From: Macrostomum lignano
Lineage: Eukaryota
Direction: 5' to 3'
Length of the DNA stretch: 64,000 nucleotides
NCBI GenBank assembly: GCA_002269645.1
Contig: NIVC01000095.1
Span: forward strand, 1-64,000
Numbering within the stretch: position 1 is the stretch's first letter; each line of letters starts with the position of its first letter. This document shows positions 32,741 through 45,763 of the stretch, piece after piece. Below the pieces are notes generated by a model. The model saw only the letters and a program-made list of their open reading frames with translations. It was not told the DNA's origin and did not search any database. A program made the translations under genes and the position numbers.

Positions 32741-35700
32741 CGTGAGACCAGACTGACTGGAACGACCAGGTCTAGTTCGCTAATTGAACTGAAAATTACC
32801 TGCTTAGAGGAATGGCTTAAAGCTGTTTGAAAAAACTTGCCCTATAGGGTATTCCTAGGTCAATTATTTCTAAACAGGCCATGATGTAGCTAGGAGGGTC
32901 AGTGCCAATTACCTCTTTGGAGGACACTGCCCCCCCATCAGCACTAAACTATAAAATTATTGTCATGATATGATACTATATCTCATAGTTTAAAAAGAAT
33001 ACAAAATATATACCTTTTTAAAATATAAGGCTTGAAATCAACAGAGTTAACAATGGGTGCAGTAATCCTTGGTTTATCAAGTGCAATAATCCTTGGAAGC
33101 CTATTTTAAAGTGGAAAATGAAAATTAATAAGACTGCATGTTTTTTATATAAAGTATATCTTTGTCTAGTTATCTTTCTCAAGAAACAAAACCAAATAAA
33201 CAAATTTATAAATTTAAAAGCAAAAAGATCTAACTATTAAAGGTAATATATAGTGCTTTATTAATATATTTTAGATCAGTATTTAATTTAAACTTAAAAA
33301 TATGATTTTTAGTCATATATTCTTACTGCCTTCCCTGCTTACTACACATAACTTTCAGATCATATTTATAATTAAAATTTTATTGATGTCAATCAGAGGT
33401 ACTGATATGATAATATTCTATAAATATAATTGGGAAGATAGCCTTTGCCATAGAAAATTCTAGCACTCTAATATTCTAGTATTCTAGTATTTTCACGTTT
33501 TCACAAACTTTTCAGCTTATCTGGTGACTGTCAAATGGCTGGGGGGCCTAAATGCATGGCTCTAGTGATGCCCTGTTTGATACCCACCTCAATGAGTACC
33601 TGTGGCGTTGCCTCTTCCTGCCACAAAAAGTGTTTAAGAATTTTCTGTATTGGGTTAGGTACTATTACTGATACTCAATGACTTTTGACTAATGACTTCA
33701 TATTTTACTATTTTTCACGTGAAAAAATTAATACAGTAAAGTAGAAGATTGTTAAAGGCACCTATCCTGTATCCAGTAATTTACCTATTCTACATAGTAG
33801 TCACAATTGGTAGAAAAATCAAGCGGCGCTGAAAATGCATAGGTTGGCTTATTCTATAATAATACTAAAGCTGGAAGCACTCGAAATAGCAAAATAACGC
33901 ACAAACAGCAAAATACCATGTTTCTAAACATTCATCATTATTAAAGACAGCTAAAGCTACAATACATATCGGCAAACTATCTAACAGTTTCTTAGCCAGA
34001 ACACCAAACAATACTTGCACAGAAACAAGAAGAATATCATAATTGACAAGCTACTTCAACGCCTCAAGAAGGCAGGCATGCGACTGTTTCTGCTGCACGT
34101 GTTGCATTAGTTTCTTGTAAAATGTAGTTTTAAAGTTTTACTCTATTTTAACAAATATTGGTAATTATGTAAAAGTTTTGCCATTTATTTTTATTCAAAC
34201 GTATGTCCTTTAAAATTTAAATACAAAATAGTTATTATAATGGCAACTGAATGCATAGAAAAAATAGTGATAATATAACTAAGCAGTATTTTGAAAAAAA
34301 ATCGTAACATTTTACTATCCCTTAATCCCAGTTAGGTGTAGGTGTACGAGTAAATCTTCAAGTTCCGATCCTTCATTCATTTACCCTATTACGTGCCTCT
34401 ACCTAAACAAAAAAGACAGACGAAAACAAGAAATTTATAAGACGAAGGCCATTTACATTTTGACATTTGCAGAAATTTCTGCACGCCAAGTGTTTCGATC
34501 CATACATGTACCAGTGTAAACATATAGGTAGCTGAGTCTTTTTAAACCAGTGTTTGTTTTGCGACCCGGGTGATATTTTTCATTTTTTACTTAAGCGCAG
34601 TTTTGCGATTCGACAGTCAAGAGTATGAGTATACATGCAGCTCGTATGACGAAATAAACCAGCTGTTTTTCTTCCGTTGTTTCATCAAACTACGAGTACG
34701 TGTAAGGATTAGACTTTATGATATGGCTGTAAAACAATTTTACATGCTTACTGCTAATAACTTGATTCATTTTAAAGCATAGAATTTTGCCTATTGGAAA
34801 GCCTTATGGTCTGTTGGATTGCTACTCTGTTGATTTAAGTTCGGAGTTAAAAAGTTACCTCGAAAGGATTGCATCAGGGTGAACACTTTAATTAAGGATT
34901 TCAAATAACTGGTACAAAAAGAGAAACAGCAAAAAGTCTTTGCCATTGGTGATAATAATCTTAACGGATGATCGCGTTGCTTTGAAAGATGATTAAGCAC
35001 AAACTGTTTTAATTTTATGACAAATGTCAATACAGCTTGCCGCAGAGGCGAAAGAAACAAGCAAGATGTCAGTCAGTACAGGAAGAGAACTCTAGTAGAA
35101 GGCCTAGAAAATGTTTTTTACTTTTTACCAGTTTTAGTTTAATAAAAACGAAGTGCGCACACCATATTGCCTGTAGCGTAGTTTTTATTATAAAAACGGA
35201 ATAAAATATATCATTTCTCACAATCATGAAGATCCTCGGTCTTAAGTGTCTAATGAAAACTCAACAACCTGCCGGTGCCAACGGTACAAACAAATACGAA
35301 TAGCAGGGGGAAAAACGATAAATAAAATTGACTCTTTGCTGCCATGTGTGACATACGTAAACCATGTACATTATCTAAATTAACAACATACGCTCTTAAA
35401 ACCTGCCAGGTAAAAACACAACACAATATTAAAACCAATTAGGTACAACAACAATTGCGCTAATGCTGCATTGTAGCACAACAAGGCTCGTAACGCACAT
35501 GCGCATATCGGTATTGCACCGAAGACGTTGATTCTCTACTTCTGGGAGAGAACTGCAAATTCATTGCCATGACGGCCCGCTAAAGGTTTGTGTCTCTTCA
35601 CAGCTCTCTTCTCTTTTCTCTGACACCGCAAAGAAGATGTACTTTGCAGTGTTTACAACTTATCATCAAACTCAGATATACGCATTTATAGGAGTATGCA

Positions 35701-36844
35701 GCACAAACATAAGCGTATTACTCATAACTCATAGCCTACTGACGAGTATAACAAAAACGTGGCCGCTACGGGGCAACAGAAAAGGAAACTCAATTACAGA
35801 TACAAATATAATTATAGACACGATGTAAACAAACAATGAAGAAACAAAACATAATAATTTAAAAAATAATACACAGACTACGATATTACTTTTAATTAGT
35901 AGTAAAGTACGATTATTATCTACACAAACATGGCGGACATAGCTGCTCAGGAAGAAGGTATATAATGGTAATGAAAAAATAAACAAACCAAAAATGATAT
36001 GAGCCTATATAATTAGCAGGAAAAATGACAATGAAAAGTTGCAGTATTAAATCATATCAAGTTAGACAGTCAGTTCATTTCATTACTAGAAGATTTTATT
36101 AACACCCAGAATAGGAAATATTCAGATTTTTCTTCAAAAGACATTGAATAAAAACTTCCTTACTTTTGCATAAAGGATCCTAACATTTTACTGCCAAAAA
36201 TATCCCTAGTGGTGAAAAATATTTAGAAACTGAATAAGGTTGTCAATTTAAGAAAATATAATAAATTTAACGAGAATATTACAGAAAACGAAATTTTAGC
36301 ATACTGGACATGTCAATGATAGGACTGTACACTTCTACAAAGACTGCAATACACGATCAGCGCTACTCGCACAAGTAGTTAGCAACGAACTTTTTTTACA
36401 ACAGTCGTTAGAAGAAGATTCAAATTAGAAAATCAGCTGGAATCTGTGAGCTTGAATAAATTAATAATTTGTATTTCTGCAAGGTAAATTGTGTCGCATT
36501 AAAATATTTGTTATGAAATTGTGTTACGCGTTCTGTTTCTCTATTAAAAAATGAAACGTGATTAGTCGAAAAGCACGCAAGCATTATTTAAACAAACAAA
36601 TAAACAAACAGCGAATTTAGTTTTATTATTTAAGTAAATTTGGCCCTAATTGATTGGGACATTGACTAAGTTATAACTAAAGGATTCTTCCATAAAATTT
36701 TAAAATTTTGTTAATTTTTAACAAACCAAAAAATATTTGTAATCTAAATTTTTTCTATTTCAAGCCAAAGAGCCTCTTTATTTTACTTCTAAGAACAGCA
36801 TACATTTCTAGGAAAAGTCCAATTTATTTAGTTATAATGGAAGA

Positions 36845-37830
36845 TTTAAGGGGCGGGATTTGAGGGGCGGGTGATTGAGGGTTTGAGAGGCGGGATTTAA
36901 GGGGTGGCTAATGGAGGATTTGAGAGGCGGATAGTGGAGGATTTGAGAGGCGGATAATGGAGGAATTGAGGGGCGGATAATGGAGGATACAGAGTCTTAG
37001 TTTGATAGTTCAAACAAATAAGTATCGTCACAAGCGTTTACTACTACTACTGTTGATAATAAAAAAATAAAAGTACACAGCAAATCGCGGATCATCAAGC
37101 TGCTATAGTCGCTGACCGGACGAGCCGGCACTCCTGGGCGTGTCCGAGCTGCAGCTGTCGCTAGTGAAGGACTCCGGCGGCTCCGTGCTGCCAACCGATG
37201 CGGTCTCGGAGCCGCTGCTGGCGGCCAGCATTCTGCGTCGCTTCGTATTGAGAAATGCCGAGTGCACCTGCTGAACCGACAGCGGGCCTTCTGACGGGTT
37301 CAGCTTGCGAGACCGAATCACGATGTCGAATAAGTCGCTAATCTCTTGTCGTGTGTCCGGCGTTTTTATTGGCTGCATAATGACGCGCTTTTTATAATAG
37401 TGGCGCCGCTCGCTTGCTGGCGGCATCGGCGTGCGGAACTCGGCGGCGCTCGCTGCTGGCGGCGGGGAGGAGAGGATTTTAGGGGCGGATTGGGGAGGAT
37501 TTTAGGGGCGGATTTAAAAGTGGTTTTCAGAAACTAAAATTGACGATCAGGTTTTACCTGTGGATTGACGAATAATATAGAAAATTACGGACCAACTTAT
37601 CCGAGGATTTTAGGGGCGGAATGGAGAGGATTTGAGGGGCGGATTTGGGAGGATTAGAGGGGCGGATTAGGAAGGATTTTAGGGGCGGATTGGAGAGGAT
37701 TAGAGGGGCGGATGGGAGGGGATTAGATGGGCGGACTGGAGAGGATTAGAGGGGCGGATTTGGGAGGATTAGAGAGGCGGATTGGGGAGGATTTTAGGGG
37801 CGGATTGGGGAGGAGTTTAGGGTCAGTTTT
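36845..37830. repeat. GAGGATTT(T/G)AGGGGCGGAT-type repeats in two blocks (36845-36990 and 37470-37830) flanking FAM60A exon 3
   Basis: Same ~20-bp G-rich unit in the same orientation on both sides of the exon. Confidence 0.85.
37103..37455 (-). CDS. SINHCAF: FAM60A/SINHCAF-like, coding exon 3 (terminal)
   Basis: Acceptor CCCCGCCGCCAG|CAG (NAGNAG). Phase 1 joins exon 2 and is in frame with ORF 37426-37103 ending in TAG. The three exons total 1008 nt (335 aa + stop). Confidence 0.65.
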
Positions 37831-38324
37831 TTAGATTTGAGGAAGATTTGAGAAACGGATTAATTGGGGATTTAGGAGAGGATGAAATACTACTTGAAGT
37901 GTGAATTACAGGATTATTGAGGACTAAGGGATGATGAAAGATTTGAGAGGTGAACAGAAGAAGCAGTTGAGGAGTTGAGCAGTTGATAATGAAAGATTAT
38001 GTGGGCGTATTTGAGACGATTAAATACTAGAAATCTGGTAGGAACTAAGACAAAAATCTGTGTGTTGACAAAAACAAAAGATCTCATTGAAATTGAAATA
38101 CTACATAACAGGAGCTTGAGATCATTGAAAAGGTTTGACTTAACCGATTTTAACAAGCGTCCATTTTTAGCAGAAAAAAATTATGACTAGGAGTTTATGT
38201 ATTTTTGAATTTTAACTTTTCGATGCCAAATAGGAAGTCTGATTTTTAATACTGGACTCTAGGCAAAGCCAACAATTGACTGTTGCACAATTACAGCAAA
38301 AAATTGACCGCTGAACACAACATT

Positions 38325-38510
38325 AACTAACCTAAACCTTAATTTCTAAACCATAACCTAAACCCCAACCTAAACCTTAATATCTAAACCTTAACCTAAA
38401 CTCTAACCTAAACCCTGATTCCTAAACCATAATTCCTCAACCCTAACCTAAACACTAACTTCTAAACACCAACCTAAACATTGAAAAACCCAAATTCCTA
38501 ATCCCTAACC
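38325..38510. repeat. Degenerate AACCTAAACC(C/T)T repeats, telomere-like, interstitial
   Basis: Imperfect CCTAAACC/CCTAACC units. Confidence 0.7.
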
Positions 38511-38889
38511 TGAACAGACAAATTTGATAGTTTGGGGACGGGCAAAAAAGCCAACCACAGGCAGAGGAAACGAATATTTGGACTCCTTTTTGTGGACTGG
38601 AGGAAATCTATATAATATGGGAGCACAGTAGAAAATCTTTCCTACGACTGCACGCGGTCAAGTAAAAAAATCAATAAATATATATACTACACTATAATAT
38701 TATACACTGAGCTGGCCACAATGCAAACACAGTTGTTGGACCCGCTCCAGATCTAGCGCTAAGATTATAGACAATGTAGTGAGTATATACGCGTACATAA
38801 ATGCGTATTAATATCAAGCCATAAAGTTGAGGCTTTTAAATTGCCAAATATCATATAGAGTGTACTCAAGAATCCAAGACTCACTAGCT

Positions 38890-39300
38890 CAAACCTCACC
38901 ACCTAGAATCTCACTATCTCAAAGCTCATAACCTAGAATCTCACTATCTCAAAGCTCATCACCTAGAATCTCACTATCTCAAAGCTCATAACCTAGAATC
39001 TGACTATCTCAAAGCTCACCACCTAGAATCTCACTATCTCAAATCTCATCACCTAGAATCTCCCTATCTCAAAGCTCATCACCAAGAATCTCACTATCTC
39101 AAAGCAGCCAAAGCTCATCACCTAGAATCTCACTATCTCAAAGCTCACCACCTAGAATCTCCCTATCTCAAATCTCATCACCTAGAATCTCACTATCTCA
39201 AAGCCCACCACCAAGAATCTCACTATCTCAAATTTCATCATCTAAAATCTCAATATCTCAAATCTCACCACCTAGAATCTGATCAACTAGAATCTCACCA
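38890..39300. repeat. 30-bp minisatellite ACCTAGAATCTCACTATCTCAAAGCTCATC in FAM60A intron 2
   Basis: Direct tandem copies. Confidence 0.92.
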
Positions 39301-39549
39301 TTCAGACCAGAAAGGGTTTAACTTCAAATCTTATCCTAAAACCTCACGAGTTACCACATTGAAGCCCTACACTTGACAATGTCACAATCTCAGAATCTCA
39401 ACCAAGAATCTTAACTCGAGAATTTCACTTTCGCCAGCTAGAATCTCACACCTGTATTACACATTAAACAGAATTTCATCCTGTTCATTTTAAGCTTTCA
39501 TTTAACTGCCTATATTAATATATCTGAATTCATATTTTAAAACTCTTAC

Positions 39550-39952
39550 CCGAAGGCGTTGAAGTAATGGCAGCGCCGCTACCGCTAGCCACCCCGGAAG
39601 CCGACAATGATTTGTCGCCACCGACACCATCGGAGCAGACGCCGGAGACGGCGCCTGAGCCGGCAAAATTTCCGGACAAGCCGCTTCCGCTTGGGAAGCA
39701 GTCACTTCCGGTGATAGCGGAAGCCTTGGAGCCGATTCCAGCAAGTCCGCTCCCCGCAGCGCCACCGCAGGAGGCAGATGACGATGACGATCCTGCGTTG
39801 ACGCCGCCGCTGTCTACTCCGTCGCAGCCCATGGCGAGCTGCTTATTTGCCGAGATGGCTTTGGCGGCGGCTTCGCGCAATTCACGGCGACGATTCCGCT
39901 TGCAAATCTGCTTCATGTGCTTCGGCCCGGTGCCTTTGCGGGAGTCCACAAC
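39550..39952 (-). CDS. SINHCAF: FAM60A/SINHCAF-like, coding exon 2
   Basis: Acceptor AAACAG|GTT GTG GAC (phase 0). VVDSRKG aligns with human FAM60A VVDARAG. Donor TCGG|GTAAGA (phase 1). Remainder is Gly/Ser/Ala-rich. Confidence 0.85.
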
Positions 39953-39963
39953 CTGTTTGCGAC

Positions 39964-40746
<783 letters not shown>

Positions 40747-41210
40747 TGGCAGTCACAAAGCCGGCGAGAGGCATTACTAGTACACATTCCACCGACCCTC
40801 CTGAGTAGGCACACGCGCGCGGATACGAACGCACTAAAACACACAGGCAGACACACACACACACAGGAGCACAAATACTAGTTATTCTAGTATCTGTGCA
40901 CAGAAGTGTACAGTGGCCCACTAACTTTATTTATCGTTAGGCGTGTCTTGGGGGGGGGGGGGTTGACCCTGAAGCCGGGCCTGGGTTTTTTGTGTCATGG
41001 CATAACGATCTTGACGAAAAAAAACCAAGAGCCGGGCGTTAACTACACGAGCAGAGCCAAGCCGAGATTCCAATTTCGCCCCATATTAATGTGACTGCAC
41101 TTGGAATCGAGCCTGGGCCGTTGGCGCATCAGAGCGCCGCAGTAGACCCCCCTCCCCAGCACAATGCTAAACTGGTGCCAATTTGTTCGTGATGCTCCTT
41201 CAGCACTAAC

Positions 41211-41462
41211 CTTGGCATATGGCGCCATCTTGGTAGTCTGTTTAGAACTGCTGGCGCCACCGACTCCGCTACCAGTAGCGCCACCTCCGCGCTTAACACA
41301 CAGCACGCAGGCATTGCAAATCTGGCCAGTCCGCTGACGAGCTTTGGCGCCAAACACAGCCAAGAAGTTGGACTCAAAATCAGCTGACGGTTGGAACCTA
41401 GTAGTGCTGCTCTTGGTGGCACAGATGCAGCAGCCTTCCTTGCTGCGAAACTGCTGCTTCAT
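41211..41462 (-). CDS. SINHCAF: FAM60A/SINHCAF-like (SIN3-HDAC complex-associated factor), first recognisable coding exon
   Basis: FRSKEGCCICATKSSTTRF...FGAKARQRTGQICNACVLCVKR matches the FAM60A signature YRSIEGCCICRAKSSSSRF...RSGDICNACVLLVKR. Donor AAG|GTTAGT after 252 nt (phase 0). An acceptor TTTTTATAG 17 nt upstream of the ATG implies an upstream exon. Confidence 0.92.
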
Positions 41463-42853
41463 GTGCTGGCTTGATAAAACTATAAAAAGACAACTTACAA
41501 AAGATGCTCAATATAAAATATGACGAACTTGAAAAAACTAATGTTAAATTCCGTTCCACAGAGTAGGCACACTCTTTACAAATGGAAAACACTTTTCAAG
41601 TATCAATCAGTTGACAGACAGCATCGGGTTGTATTGCTCTGAAAAAATATATAGTATATAAATGATCATTATTAAAGCACAAGATTTTGAATTAAGTAGA
41701 TAGATACATCCAAAGTAAAGACCCAAAGGGGGGGCAGCTCTGTTTTTTTGGCAAAAATTTTCTTGGTCAGGTCTCTGCCTGAAAGGGGGGCAACAGTCCC
41801 CACCACCTGGTTGCACCACTGCAAGACCCTTGTTATGCAAAAATATATAATTCATCTATATGAGACTCTGCTTTGTTGACTTTTTACATGTATGATACCA
41901 ATTTTACTAATACTGATACTGATTAGGCCAATGGTATAGCTATAGATTCATTCAATCAAGGTTCTAAGGGTTAAACCTATTGGAAAAAATTGCTAAATAG
42001 TTTCTCAAAGTGGCCTAGCAATGTATAAGACAGTTCTTAGTATGTTAGGAACAATATGGTACTCAGTGTGTGGCATTTGGCATGGCTGCAATATAACCCT
42101 TGGCAAGTGATACTTAATATATGTATAGCACTTTTTAGGCACACATCATATGATTACATAGAAAATGTCTATCTAACAGACCTCCCCTTAATGACTATTG
42201 GATCTTATTAAATTTATCAATAAATTTTTTGAGGCAGCTTTTATATATTAGGGGTGACCCTTTAGCATATTTTTGTTAGATCCTTAATGAGTGTCAATAT
42301 TTTTAGAGTTAATTTGAATAGTAAGATAAAAAAGCAAAGGGAAATAAACTAATATTGGTACTATAGTCCGGATCATGCTAGGTGCATACCCAAACAAAAA
42401 TTGAAAAGTGCAAATGCACACCAAAAAAATTGGAATACACACTTGCATTCTTAAATGTAGGCTGATGTTGCGACAATCAATGACCTTTTTGAATTGCAAC
42501 AGCAAATAACCTTTTTGTGTTGCATAAAGGACAGTTTTTGGCTAATAATGTGGTTGATTTTTTCTTTCTTGTCTATAGTATTTATAGCAAAAAATGATAT
42601 GTATAAACATTGTTTTAATACATTATTAACAAGCTTAAAAGCTGTTAAGTTTGAAATTTACACTTTAATATGAATATTTCAGTCTTTTTTCTATTTACCA
42701 ATAATTCTTCCGCATGATTCTATGAAGTGCATGCTAGGTATGCATAGTCATTATTTTCTTAAGAGTCATGTATACCAACTGCGTATGCCTAACTTTAGGC
42801 ATGCAAGGCCAATATACACCCAAATTTTTGGACACATACTATATGATCTAGAG

Positions 42854-45763
42854 CTAGGGCGGGCAAACTCCGGCCCGCGGGCCAGATCCGGCCCGCGAGG
42901 CTTTATTTTCTGGCCCGCCACATAGCTTCTCATTTGCATTAAAATCTGGCCCGCATAAGTCTGGCACTAGATTTTCCAGATTCTAAGGCTCTACTAAGGA
43001 GTCTAGACTCTAATAAGCAAACAAAGACTTATTCCCCTCTCCCTTTATATAGTATATTGTCAGATTCTAAGATTCGAAGGTATGGGCTGTGCCCAACCTT
43101 AAGCTCAATTTGGCTGTCTGTCCCTCTGGGCACGTGGCGTACGTCCATAAGTTCTCTTCCCCTTTCTAGCAGTCTTCCTATCAAGCCTTAGACATTGTTA
43201 TATTATCCAGAGAGAAAAGAGTTGGTTTGGCCCCTGCACTGTTTAGCAGGCTGCAGCCTGCTGTTGGTAGACCACCTCCCCCGAATCTGTTTATTTATGT
43301 GCCTATTAACTAAAAGTTCCCCTAAAATAAAATTTCCCTCAATGTCACAGTGTGCCTTCCATCTATCTATCTAATCATGTCTACTACACCTCAACCTGCT
43401 AAAAAGAGAAAAGTAGATCTCGAGTGTCGGGCCTTTAAAGCTGATTGGCAGGAGAAGTACTTTTTTGTTGAGCGCTTTGGCCAGGCGCAGTGTCTTATCT
43501 GTTTTAAGATTGTGGCCGTCCTTAAAGAATTCAATGTGCGTCGCCACTGGGAAACTAATCACCAAACATCAGCCTATGCTTCAATGCCTGCTGATAAGAA
43601 GAAAGAAGCTATCACAAAGCTGTCTGGCAACCTGCAGAAGACGACTTTGCTCTTCTGCAAGCAGACCACTGAGGCCGACAAGGTGACTCGTGCAAGCTAC
43701 GAGGTCTCCCATCTACTAGCTTGCCGGATGAAGCCTTTCTCGGATGGGGACTTCATCAAGGAGTGCCTTGTGACTGTGGTGAACTCTGTCTGTCCAGAAC
43801 AGCGTTCTGCTTTTGAGAGCGTGAGCCTCTCATCCCGTACTGTTCGACGGCGCATTGAGGAGATGTCGGACAATGTGCACGACTTGCTGAAGACCTGCTG
43901 CTCTGATCTAGTTGCCTTCTCCCTAGCTCTTGACGAGAGCACTGACATGAAAGATACAGCCCAGCTGGCCATTTTTATCTGAGGAGTCACTTTTGACCTC
44001 AAGATTCACGAGGAGTTTCTGCAGCTTGTCCCACTGCATGGCACCACCACTGGCAAGGACATCTTTGATGCTGTGCTTCAGTGTGTTGAGCAGCACTCAC
44101 TTGATCTTTCTCGCCTTGTGTGTGTGACGACCGATGGTGCCCCAGCAATGACTGGAGAGAGGAAAGGCGCCGCATCACTCCTAGTGCATCACTGTGAGGC
44201 TGCCGGCCATACCCAGCCAATACAAAAGATGCATTGCATTATTCATCAGGAGGCCCTGTGCGCCAAGTCTGCCAAACTTGCTGATGTCATGTCGATTGTG
44301 GTGAAAGTTGTCAACTCCATCCTCTCTAGCAGCCTCAACCATCGCCAGTTCCAGACTCTAGTGGACGAGGTGAATACGCAATATGGAGACCTGCTCTACT
44401 TCTGCGAAGTCCGCTGGCTGAGCCGTGGGGCCATGCTTTCTCGTGTGTGTGACCTGCAGCAGGAGATTGTCACATTTTTGCGCCAGAAGAATCTGCCCCA
44501 TGCGGACTGCTTTTCTGACCCAAAATGGCTTGCTCGCCTGGCCCTGCTGACTGATGTCACTGCACACCTGAATGCCCTCAATATAAAACTTCAAGGCCAA
44601 GAAATTCTTGTGACGGACATGCACGCTGAGATCACTGCATTCGAGGTCAAGCTACGCTTGTGGGAGGCTCAGCTGACTGCTGGTCAGTTTGTTCACTTTC
44701 CTCGTCTTGCTGCCTGTGCCCCAGATGACGTGGACCTGGTCACTTGTGCAGGGGTTGTGGCTTCTCTGCGGGAGGAGTTTGCCTCCCGCTTTGCAGGAGT
44801 CAGATGCCTGGCTGTGGACTTCAAGCTCCTCACTGCTCCCTTTGACTGCTCGGTGGATGATGCCCCAGCTGCCCTGCAGATGGAGTTGGTTGAGCTGCAG
44901 TGCAACGATGGACTGAAGGCAAAGTTCCGCACTTCCTCCCCTCTAGCCTTCTTTCGGGACCTTGTTCTCCCATCCAACAACTTTCCAAACTACATCGCCC
45001 ATGTTCAACGTATTGTGGCCATGTTTGGGAGCACCTATTGCTGCGAACAGCTGTTTTCCAAAATGAGCTTCACCAAATCTCGCCTTCGTTCCCAGATTTC
45101 AGACCGCCATCTTAATGATATCCTTCTGCTGTCTACTTCGTCTATCAAGCCGGATTTTGAAGCACTTCTTCAGGGCAGACAGTACCACCCATCTCATTAA
45201 GTTCAAATGACTGAATTTCTGCTAACAGACTGTAGATTGGGCATGTCTGTCAACCAAAATTTGTCACTAATATCTCCTCTAACGGCATGCTATCACTGCC
45301 CATCATTGTTCGAGCATTTTGTCAATGTATTTCTTTTTTTATCTTTCCTATTATAATTCCCTGTCAATGTCACTTTTTATTGTCCATTTTTTTATTGCTA
45401 GTACTATTTTCCTTCATTAAATATCAACTGTATCATCTATATATAGCAAGTAACTAATAACTTTTTCATCAGCGCTGATGTTATTGCCATCGGATGTAAG
45501 AGCAGTTACGTAATTTTTTAAACGTCATTTTTACTTAAACTTCTCATTTGTTAATTCGACTTTATATAAAGCAAATATCTGCATATTCAATGATACATTT
45601 TTTTCACTAATTGTAATGAAACCTACTATTAAAAGCTTGATAAGCAAATAAACTAAACTGTATTTCTATCTACCAAGAAAGTCGCCTTGTTATTGAGCTC
45701 CGGCCCGCGGCTGTTCAACGAAAGTATTATTTGGCCCACTCTCTAAAAAGTTTGCCCGCCCCT
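42854..45763 (+). mobile_element. Full-length hAT DNA transposon (Charlie/Buster group), 2910 bp
   Basis: Left TIR CTAGGGCGGGCAAACT vs right TIR reverse complement CAGGGGCGGGCAAACT (14/16). Perfect 8-bp TSD ATCTAGAG at 42846-42853 and 45764-45771. Subterminal GGCCCG repeats and an internal transposase. Confidence 0.97.
43377..45200 (+). pseudogene. hAT transposase (GTF2IRD2/EPM2AIP1/SCAND3-like), 607 codons, one in-frame TGA at 43980-43982
   Basis: ORFs 43350-43982 and 44073-45200 share a frame. Motifs: BED-like CLIC...HWETNH, ALDESTD, TTDGAPAM, HCIIHQEALC, VRWLSRG, STYCCEQLFS. The stop falls in QLAIFI*GV, where the family has IRGV. Confidence 0.95.

Noticed and set aside
38325-38510. True telomere or telomere-fusion site
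   Set aside because: Short, highly degenerate and intronic, without a perfect TTAGGG or TTTAGGG run.
43980-43982. TGA as selenocysteine or programmed readthrough
   Set aside because: The position is a conserved Arg in hAT transposases (IRGV), so a simple CGA>TGA nonsense change is more parsimonious. No SECIS was recognised.
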